NCBI GenBank assembly: GCA_963709585.1
Contig: CAVPXI010000001.1
Span: 1-20,192 of the forward strand
Direction of reading: 5' to 3'
Length of the DNA: 20,192 nucleotides
Source: Candidatus Dormiibacterota bacterium
GTDB taxonomy: Bacteria; Chloroflexota; Dormibacteria; Aeolococcales; Aeolococcaceae
Shown here: piece after piece, positions 13,017-20,192 of the stretch
Layout of the letters: every line of letters begins with the position of its first letter
How positions within the stretch are numbered: the stretch's first letter is position 1
The notes under the pieces: generated by a model
Told to the model about the DNA's origin: nothing
What the model saw: only the letters and a program-made list of their open reading frames with translations
Database searches by the model: none
Program-made: the position numbers and the translations under genes

Positions 13017-14706
13017 ATGCCCGAACTCGGTCCCGCTGCGCGGCAGCGCCTATCACCCCGCCGGAGGCATGCGCCCCGGCCACCGCAGCCTCCGGAAGCT
13101 CAATGAGTCGGAGTTGCACGCCGATGCCGGCGTCACGCTCCTGCTCCGCGAGCGCACCAGCGGGCCGACGACGGCAGAGAGCCTCGCCTGGCTGCAAACG
13201 CTCCCCGACCCGAGCGCGCGCCACCTCGACATCGCGCAGCTGACCGCGCGGCACGGTTTCGACGCGGCCGACCGGGATCGCGTGGTGCGCTGGGCGAGCG
13301 CCGCCGGCCTGCAGGTCTCCGGCGAGGACGCCCCGACCCGCCGCGTGATGCTGCGCGGAAGCGTCGAGCAGCTCGCCCGCGCGTTCGAGGTCGACCTGGA
13401 GCGATTCGGCTGGCAGCGGCCGGACGGCCGCAGCGTCGAGTACCGCGGCCACCACGGCCCGGTGCGCCTCCCCGCCCACCTCGATGGCGTTGTCGAGGGC
13501 GCCTTCGGGCTCGATGACCGGCCGCTGGCACGTTCCCACGTTCGTGGCCTCGATGACGGCCGCGCCGCGGTGTTCTCCTACGACCCGCCCCAGCTGGCCG
13601 CGCTCTACGATTTCCCGCGCCTGGCCAACGGCGGCCAGGGTGTCGAGCTGGTCGCGGCGATGGTCGAGCTGGGCGGCGTCGTGCACCCGTTCGACCTCGC
13701 GGCCTCATTTGCGCGCCTGGGGCTGCCCGCGCCGGACATCACCAACGTCTGGCTCGACGGCGCCACTCCCACCCCCGACCCGAACGGCGCGGACGTCGAG
13801 GTGGCGCTCGACTACCAGGTGATCGGCGGCATGGTCGCGGCGATGGCGCCCAGGGCCCACCTCACGATCATCAGCTACAACGCGCCCAACAGCGAGCGCG
13901 GCTTCATCGACGCGGCGGCGACCGCCGCGAGCGACGCCATCCGCCACCCGGCGGCGGTGTCGATCAGCTGGGGCGCGCCCGAGGACCACTGGTCGCCGCA
14001 GGGGATGCGCGGGCTCGACGCCGCCTTCGCCACCGGCGCGCTCCACGGCGTGACCTTCAGCGCAGCGGCGGGCGACGCCGGGTCCACCAACGATGAGGTC
14101 GACGGGTATCAGCATCCCGAGTTCCCCGCGTCGAGCCCGCATGCCTGGGCGTGCGGCGGCACCACGCTGCTCGCGGCTCGCGGCCACATCCGGACCGAGA
14201 CGGTGTGGAACGAGCTTGCCCGTGGCGCGGGCGCGGCCGGCAGTGGGGTCAGCACCGTGTTCCCGGTTCCGGCGTACCAGGCGGCACTCGGGATCCGGCC
14301 GAGGTCCGCCGATGGCGGCGCGCTCGGCCGGGGGCTCCCCGATGGCTCGGGGAACGCCGACCCGCTGACCGGCTGGAACGTGATCGCGCTCCGGCGTCTC
14401 CGGTCCACCGGCGGGACCAGCGCGGTGGCGCCGATGTACACGGCGCTCTGGACGCTCGTGTCCGCGCAGTTGGGGCACCGCGTCGGACTGCCACATCCTG
14501 CCCTCTACGCCCGGCGCGGGCGGGGATTCAACGATGTCACCGCCGGCGACACCGGTGGGCCGTACCGGGCCGGGCGTGGGTGGGACCTGGCCAGCGGCTG
14601 GGGCAGTCCCGACGGCCGCCAGATCGCCCGCGACCTCGGAGTCCGTGTCCAGGGCCCGGACACCCGCCGGCCACGAATCGGCGGTGGGGAACGAGAGATC
14701 GCCTGA
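13017..14706 (+). CDS. S53 sedolisin/kumamolisin-like serine-carboxyl protease with propeptide
   Basis: EVALD (Glu/Asp), SISWG, AAGDAG (oxyanion Asp), PASSP, GGTSAVAP (Ser), GWDLASGWGSPDG (Ca site). Likely true start is ATG 13017 (after GAGGGGGG) with one extra base near 13029, giving MPELVPLRGS; the ORF track frame is 12919..14706. Confidence 0.9.
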
Positions 14707-14708
14707 GC

Positions 14709-15752
14709 TCAGGTCCCGAGCAGGGCGGCCGAGCCTGTGGCCAGCGCCACGGGCCGGCCGTCGGCACCGAGAACCTCGGCGGTGCCCACCGTCAGGCTCC
14801 GGCCCCGGTGCACGACCTTGGCCCGGGCTTCGAGCGTGCTTCCATCCCCTGCCACGGGGCGAAGGAAGTTCACCTTGATGTCCACCGACGCCATCCCCTC
14901 CCCCTTGGACAGGGTTGTCTGGGTGGCCAGGGCGAGCGCGAGGTCGGCGAGCAGCACGATGAAGCCGCCCTGCCGCCATCCGAACGGTGTGGCCAGCCAG
15001 CCGCTCAACGGCATCGCGCATGACGCCGCCCCCAGGGTGGCTTCGGTGGGGACGATGCCCAGGAGGTGGTGCATCGGCGGCAGCGGCAGCTCTCCGCGGA
15101 TCTGCGCGCGGATGATCTCGACGCCGCTGCGCCGGAGGAATTCGTCCTCGTCGATCCGCTCACCCGCAGGCGGACGGAGGTACGGGTCGGGGCCGTCTTC
15201 GGCGTTCGCGGACCGGCTCGAACCCGCCGGCGGCGCGGCGGTGCCACCTCGGGCCGGAGCACCGGCTGCGGCCTCGCCGAAGATGCGCATCCGCGACGTC
15301 GAGTAGGCGACGAGCTTGACATCTCCGTCGACCAGCTCGCCCGACGACAGTCCCATGGTGCGTCCGCTGTATAGCGCGCGGCCGTGCGCAGTGATCACCG
15401 ACCCGATCCGCGCTGGGCGTACATACGTCATCGACATCTCCGCGGTCGTGTACTGCGTCTGCGCAGTCAGCAGCGATTGCAGCGCGCACCCCAGAGCCGC
15501 GTCCGCGGCGAGCGCGAGCACGCCCCCGGGAACACCGCCGTTCGACCACTCGAACCACGGCGACACCGGCAGGCTGAAGGCTGCACTGCCGTCGCCGGCA
15601 GCGTCGAACGTCAGCCCGGTGAGCCTGCCCATTGGTGGTTGAGGACGAACCAGGCGCAGCGCTTCTAGTCCGCTGAGGTCGCGCGCCGACGAGTCGAGGA
15701 TCTCACCACGCACCGGGATGTCGCGCCAGAGCGCGGGCTCACGGATCAGCAT
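14709..15752 (-). CDS. Tandem (double) PaaI-type hotdog-fold thioesterase
   Basis: Two repeats: GGVLALAADAALG...TAEMSMTYVRP...GRT and GGFIVLLADLALA...SVDIKVNFLRP...VHRGRS, joined by an Ala/Pro linker. Confidence 0.88.
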   Translation of the reverse strand: MLIREPALWRDIPVRGEILDSSARDLSGLEALRLVRPQPPMGRLTGLTFDAAGDGSAAFSLPVSPWFEWSNGGVPGGVLALAADAALGCALQSLLTAQTQYTTAEMSMTYVRPARIGSVITAHGRALYSGRTMGLSSGELVDGDVKLVAYSTSRMRIFGEAAAGAPARGGTAAPPAGSSRSANAEDGPDPYLRPPAGERIDEDEFLRRSGVEIIRAQIRGELPLPPMHHLLGIVPTEATLGAASCAMPLSGWLATPFGWRQGGFIVLLADLALALATQTTLSKGEGMASVDIKVNFLRPVAGDGSTLEARAKVVHRGRSLTVGTAEVLGADGRPVALATGSAALLGT

Positions 15753-15787
15753 CGCCCGAGCTTAGCGACGCGCTGGCGTCGCGGCGC

Positions 15788-16399
15788 TCAGCGTGCTGGT
15801 GGTGCCGGAACCCACGCTACCCCGGTGCACGTCGACGTCGCCACATCCGTGCCGACAACCGGCGCCGCATCGCCGGTGCCGCGGACGGTGATGGTGTCGG
15901 GAAACCCCGGGATCGGGATCGGCAGGGTTACCACTCGCGAGACCTCCGCGGCGACGCGACATCCGTCACTGGCGCACGACGTGCCCTCCGGGACCTGCGG
16001 GTCGTTCGCGGTCTTCAAAACGAGCGGGTTGGCCTGGTCACGGGGTATCTGCGCCGACTGGTCGGCGGCTTCGATGCAGGAACGCTCGAACGCGTACAGC
16101 GCCCCTTCGCGATCACGCGGACTGACGTCGACGATCTGCACCGGGCAGGCCGCGCCCGCGGCGGCCGCAGTGCATGGAACCGTGACGTTGTAGAGGTACC
16201 GGGGATCGACAGCATCAGCACCGGACTGCGCGCCCAGCTGCGCGGCGGTCTGCACCCGTCCCGACCACACATAGAGATACGCGGAGTCGACCACGAGACA
16301 CGTGAGACTGAACAGGAAGAGGGCGAAACCGAGCGCGAAGACAATGAGCGTCTGTCCGCGCTGGTGCGCACGCGCGACTCCGCCGTGCCGCGCCCTCAC
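15788..16399 (-). CDS. TadG/Tad-domain-like minor pilin (no Glu+5), 203 aa
   Basis: GTG 16399 overlaps the upstream TGA; basic leader then QRG|QTLIVFALGFALFLFSLTCLVVDSAYLY...VQTAAQLGAQSGA, matching the Tad N-terminal pattern (G-Q, hydrophobic helix, D, Q.AA...A..GA). Confidence 0.75.
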   Translation of the reverse strand: MRARHGGVARAHQRGQTLIVFALGFALFLFSLTCLVVDSAYLYVWSGRVQTAAQLGAQSGADAVDPRYLYNVTVPCTAAAAGAACPVQIVDVSPRDREGALYAFERSCIEAADQSAQIPRDQANPLVLKTANDPQVPEGTSCASDGCRVAAEVSRVVTLPIPIPGFPDTITVRGTGDAAPVVGTDVATSTCTGVAWVPAPPAR

Positions 16400-17028
16400 T
16401 GGCGGAAGGGAGGCGGGAGCGCCTCCGCCTGCGCATGCAGCATCGGCGTCCAGAAGACACCCCAGGCCAGCGGCGTGTTCGCGAAGTCGAGGGAGGCCGA
16501 GGCGTTGCAGACGACGACGTCGAGTCCGGACGGTGGATTGAGCGCTCGGTCCAGATACCCAGGAACGACGATGCCGCCGGGTTTGATGGAGCCGATGTCG
16601 CACGACACCTCGGCGCTCGACGGCGATCCCGGATACGCGACCGGTCGGACCGGCGGGCTGCCGCCGCTCCCGCTGTCGCCGCCGGAGGTGCAGAGGGTCG
16701 CCCGCTGCCAGTGGAGCAGGCCGGTGTAGGTCGTCATGGTTCCGTAGAAGCTTTCGGCGGCATACCGGCACCCGGTCGGCAACCCCGAGGTGACCAGGGT
16801 GCCTCCATGTGCGCCGCAGCACCGCGTGCCGGTCGGATCGATGGCGGCCTCGGCAGCCTGGAAGCGCGACTGCGCCGCGAGCGCGGTGGCCGCGTTCAGC
16901 TGTTGCTGGACCGCGACCTGCACCATGACGGCGACGAAGTTGCAGATGAGGAACAGCAGAATCGGGATGACCAGCGCGGTCTCGAGGACGGCCTGAGCAT
17001 CGTCGCCACGCCTTCTGGTTCGCCTCAC
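16396..17028 (-). CDS. TadE-like minor pilin, 210 aa
   Basis: GTG 17028 overlaps the upstream TGA; RRTRRRGDDA|QAVLETALVIPILLFLI...QQQLNAATALAA; Glu+5 and Pro+11. Confidence 0.8.
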   Translation of the reverse strand: MRRTRRRGDDAQAVLETALVIPILLFLICNFVAVMVQVAVQQQLNAATALAAQSRFQAAEAAIDPTGTRCCGAHGGTLVTSGLPTGCRYAAESFYGTMTTYTGLLHWQRATLCTSGGDSGSGGSPPVRPVAYPGSPSSAEVSCDIGSIKPGGIVVPGYLDRALNPPSGLDVVVCNASASLDFANTPLAWGVFWTPMLHAQAEALPPPFRQ

Positions 17029-17651
17029 GGAGCGAATCGAAGCGTGTGAGTCGTTGCCGAGATGTTGGTGGGGAGCTCGAAGGCGCCCGCCCCCGGGCCG
17101 AAGCCCGGCGGCACGAACGACGCGACGAAACCGATCACGTGCACCGTGATCATCGGCGAGTCGCCGCACCCCGCAGGGTACGGCGCCGCCTGTCCAGGCG
17201 GTGGGGCGGTGCATGCGGGTGGATCGGCCTCGATGACGCAGACCACGACCACCCGTGGACCGTCCGCGGTCTGCACCTCCGCCGGCGTCGACGGACAGTG
17301 CTGGGTCGTGTCCGGCGCGCACCCGCCGCTCGGTGTCGGCGTGCACCAGCCTTCGATGGCGGTGCCGAACAGCGCGCTGCGCAGCCGCCCGGAGATCGCC
17401 GCCGTCACCGCGCGTGTGTCCGGTGCCGTCTCCGAGTTGGGGCTCGTGCCGGCCGACGACGCGATCATCGCGGCCTGTTCGACGGCGGACACCTCGGCCG
17501 ATGTCTGCACCGCCCAGAGGCCGGCATCCAGCGCGGCGATGATGCAGAACAGAAAGAGCGGCAGTACCACAGCGAACTCGACGAGCGCCTGACCGCCGCG
17601 GGCGCCTGGCGCGCGTCGTGGACGCACCACTCCCTCGAATCCCCCTCCCAT
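17025..17651 (-). CDS. TadE-like minor pilin
   Basis: ARGG|QALVEFAVVLPLFLFCIIAALDAG is a canonical TadE prepilin motif. The start may instead be GTG 17630 or 17627, after GGAGG/GAGGG. Confidence 0.85.
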   Translation of the reverse strand: MGGGFEGVVRPRRAPGARGGQALVEFAVVLPLFLFCIIAALDAGLWAVQTSAEVSAVEQAAMIASSAGTSPNSETAPDTRAVTAAISGRLRSALFGTAIEGWCTPTPSGGCAPDTTQHCPSTPAEVQTADGPRVVVVCVIEADPPACTAPPPGQAAPYPAGCGDSPMITVHVIGFVASFVPPGFGPGAGAFELPTNISATTHTLRFAP

Positions 17652-17682
17652 CGCCTGGCTATCGTAGCCGGGCGACGGGTGC

Positions 17683-18849
17683 CTACGAGGGAAGCACCAC
17701 GAAGGTGAGGTTGATCGGCACCAGCGGCTTCACGTTTACGGGGTTGGCCGGTTGGTCCGTGCTCGGATTGATCAGCGTGCTCCAGTTGCCGGCGGCGAAA
17801 ACCTCGAGGACGTACGGTCCGCCGATCGGCACGCTGCTGAAGCTGAAATCCCCGGCGGAGTCGGCGGTCGTGTAGTAGAAGGGCGCGCTGGTCTGATACC
17901 GCCCGCCGGGTTCGGCCTTGTAGTTGGAGCTGAGCCGGACGCGGCCGGAGACCGGAGCCCCGATGTGGGTCACCAGCGTGCCCGACACCGTAACCGGCGC
18001 GGCGAGCATCGCCTCCGCCTGCGACGCCTCGGCGCTGCCGGGAAAGGTGTCCACCACCTGCGCGAGGGCCACGAGCGCCTCGCCGTAGGAATCGTCGGCG
18101 AGCGCCTCCTCCCCGGCGGCGAGCAGCGCCGACGGATAGAGGCTGACGGCGGTTCTGGTCGCCTGCGCCGAATGGTCCCGGAGCACGGTGCCGAGGATCG
18201 CCACCGCGTCGGCGGCCCGCCCGGCGGTGATCAGCAACCCCGCCTCACCGGTCTGGTCGATCGGGAGTTGCTGCTCCGCCTGGACGCCGGCCGGGGTCGC
18301 CGGGGCAAGGGAGCCGATCTCGAGCAGCCTCAGGATCGCGGTCGGGTACTGGGCGGCCGCCGCCTCGGCGGTCGCGGTGTTGAAGAGGAGCGCCGCCAGC
18401 CTGTCAAGGGCAGCCCTTCGAAGCGACGAAGCGGTCACCGTACGGTAGAGCGCGACTGCCGCATCCACCTCCCCTCTGCGGCCGAGCGCCGCCGCCCATG
18501 CCATGACCGTCTGCTCGGCGGCACTGCCCGCGGCGCGGGCGCCGCCCGGATCGATGACAAACAGGGGCCCGGTCCGCCCGGCGATCGCCTCATCGATGGC
18601 AACCGCGTTGGCGTACTGCCCGGACGCGGCCAGCCGTGACGCGGTGTCCGCGGCCGCCTCGGTGCCGGTCGCGGATCCCAGACCGACACCGATCGCGGCG
18701 GTGACGATCCCGCCGATGACGAGGAATACGATCGGCCAGCGCCGGGCCGAGGAGGCCAGCGGCTCCGCGCGCGCCGGTGCCGCCTCGGGTGGCGCCCAGG
18801 AAGGTGGGGCGAGCGACGGTGGGGGCGACGGGTGCGGATCCACATGCAT
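17683..18849 (-). CDS. Membrane-anchored hypothetical protein: Pro-rich N-terminus, one TM helix, TPR-like repeats, C-terminal carboxypeptidase-regulatory-like beta domain
   Basis: TM WPIVFLVIGGIVTAAIGVGLG; repeats GQYANAVAI, GEVDAAVALY, AQYPTAILRL, GRAADAVAIL, DSYGEALVALAQVVDTFPGS; then VTVSGTLV...GAPVSGRVRL...TTADSAGDFSFSSVPIGGPYVLEV. Start may be GTG 18843. Confidence 0.7.
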   Translation of the reverse strand: MHVDPHPSPPPSLAPPSWAPPEAAPARAEPLASSARRWPIVFLVIGGIVTAAIGVGLGSATGTEAAADTASRLAASGQYANAVAIDEAIAGRTGPLFVIDPGGARAAGSAAEQTVMAWAAALGRRGEVDAAVALYRTVTASSLRRAALDRLAALLFNTATAEAAAAQYPTAILRLLEIGSLAPATPAGVQAEQQLPIDQTGEAGLLITAGRAADAVAILGTVLRDHSAQATRTAVSLYPSALLAAGEEALADDSYGEALVALAQVVDTFPGSAEASQAEAMLAAPVTVSGTLVTHIGAPVSGRVRLSSNYKAEPGGRYQTSAPFYYTTADSAGDFSFSSVPIGGPYVLEVFAAGNWSTLINPSTDQPANPVNVKPLVPINLTFVVLPS

Positions 18850-18962
18850 AACGTACGTGCGCGCCGCACCCGTGCGTGGTCCGTGGTCTCCGGATCGCTC
18901 CGGAGCGCCCCCGCGGGTGCGCTGAGTTCAGCCGGCGGGGGGACGAGTAGGCTGCTCGCCGG

Positions 18963-20192
18963 ATGATCACTGTGGACGGCAGCGCGCTCAGCATCGAGGC
19001 GGTGGTGCGCGCCGCTCGGGAGCATGAGGCGGTGGCCCTGGATCCCGGGGTTCGCGCGCGGATGCGGCCCGCGCGCGAGGTGGTCGACCGTCTCGACCGC
19101 GAGGGCGCGATCGTCTACGGCGTCACCACCGGCTTCGGTGCGCTGGCGGACCGGGCCGTCGACCGGTCCGATCGCGCCCTCCTGCAGCGATCGGTGGTGC
19201 TCAGCCACGCCGCCGGATCCGGTCCCCGGCTGGACGATGAGGTGGTCCGCGGGATGATCCTGCTCCGCGCGCGCACGCTCGCCGCCGGGATGTCCGGCGT
19301 CCGCGTCGAGCTGGTCGAAGGCCTGCTCGCGTTGCTCGAGGCGGGCATCGTCCCGTGGGTGCCGGAGCACGGCTCGCTGGGCGCATCGGGAGACCTGGCA
19401 CCGCTGGCCGCGATCGCCACCGTGCTGCTCGGTCAGGGATGGACGCTCGGCGAGAGTGGTGCCCGCATCGACGGCGCGGACGCGCTGCGCTCCCACGGAC
19501 TTACCCCCGTCGACGTCGAACCCAAGGAGGGCCTCGCCCTCATCAACGGGACCGACGCGATGACGAGCCTGCTCGCCCTGGCGGTGCACGACATCGAGGA
19601 CCTGCTCCGCCTCGCCGACATCGCCTGCGCGCTCAGCGTCGAGGCGCTGCTGGGGACGACTCGGGCGTACGACGCCCGGGTGGTCGGGCTCCGTCCAGCC
19701 CAGGGACAAGCCGACTCAGCAGCCAATCTGCGAGCCTTGCTCGAGGGAAGCCCGATCGTCGCGTCGCACCGTCCGTCGCGCCACGCGGTCCAGGATGCGT
19801 ACTCGCTTCGCTGCGCCCCCCAGGTGCACGGCGCCGCGCGCGACGTGGTCTCCTTCTGCCGCCAGACGGTCGAGCATGAATTAGCCAGTATTGTCGATAA
19901 CCCGGTGGTCATGGGCGACGAGGTTATCAGCGCCGGCAACTTCCACGGACAGGCGCTCGCATACGCGGCCGATATGCTCGCGTCGGCGTGCGCCGACGTG
20001 GCCTCGATCAGCGAGCGACGGGTCGACAGGCTGCTCGACCCCGCGCGCTCCCGTGGGCTGCCCGCGTTTCTGAGCCCCGAGCCAGGGCTCAACAGCGGTC
20101 TGATGATCACCCAGTACACCGCTGCGGCGATGGTCGCCTCGCTTCGCCACGCGGCGACACCGTTCGCGGTGCAGAGCGCCGCGACCAGCGCC
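18963..20192 (+). CDS. hutH: Histidine ammonia-lyase, runs off the window edge
   Basis: Manual translation from ATG 18963: MITVDGSALSIEAVV...VYGVTTGFGALA...LQRSVVLSHAAG...GSLGASGDLAPL (MIO-forming ASG)...PKEGLALINGT...VQDAYSLRCAPQVHG...DNP...SAGNFHG...GLNSGLMITQYTAA. The SH dyad favours HAL over PAL/TAL. Absent from the ORF track. Confidence 0.93.
   Translation, partial: MITVDGSALSIEAVVRAAREHEAVALDPGVRARMRPAREVVDRLDREGAIVYGVTTGFGALADRAVDRSDRALLQRSVVLSHAAGSGPRLDDEVVRGMILLRARTLAAGMSGVRVELVEGLLALLEAGIVPWVPEHGSLGASGDLAPLAAIATVLLGQGWTLGESGARIDGADALRSHGLTPVDVEPKEGLALINGTDAMTSLLALAVHDIEDLLRLADIACALSVEALLGTTRAYDARVVGLRPAQGQADSAANLRALLEGSPIVASHRPSRHAVQDAYSLRCAPQVHGAARDVVSFCRQTVEHELASIVDNPVVMGDEVISAGNFHGQALAYAADMLASACADVASISERRVDRLLDPARSRGLPAFLSPEPGLNSGLMITQYTAAAMVASLRHAATPFAVQSAATSA

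Noticed and set aside
13017-13200. S53 protease without a signal peptide as a novelty
   Set aside because: As I recall, kumamolisin-type precursors often lack an obvious signal peptide, and the N-terminus here is uncertain because of a probable indel.
13705-19709. Long antisense or alternate-frame ORFs (e.g. 13705..15021, 17752..18639, 18435..19709)
   Set aside because: Arg/Pro/Gly-rich shadow ORFs typical of high-GC DNA, overlapping well-supported genes and lacking motifs.

Overview
High-GC bacterial chromosomal window with about 18 genes and no rRNA, tRNA, CRISPR array or mobile element that I can recognise. In order: an Opp/Dpp peptide ABC permease (partial) and its lipoprotein binding protein; an MpaB/DUF2236-like oxygenase and a nitrobindin; a PIG-L deacetylase; an S9 peptidase; a DUF2330-like protein; MarR, MFS and an aldo/keto reductase; an acyl-CoA synthetase; an S53 kumamolisin-like protease; a tandem PaaI thioesterase; three TadE/TadE/TadG-like prepilins; a membrane-anchored TPR-like plus beta-domain protein; and hutH (partial). 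The most distinctive item is the stand-alone, translationally coupled minor-pilin cassette. Each of its three proteins has exactly one Cys in the pilin helix and six in the head, and no pilus machinery is visible in the window. Many genes carry 1-bp frameshifts or in-frame stops, dense at about 5.4-7.8 kb, which look more like read or assembly error than biology. All family calls are from motif recognition by eye; no database search was run.
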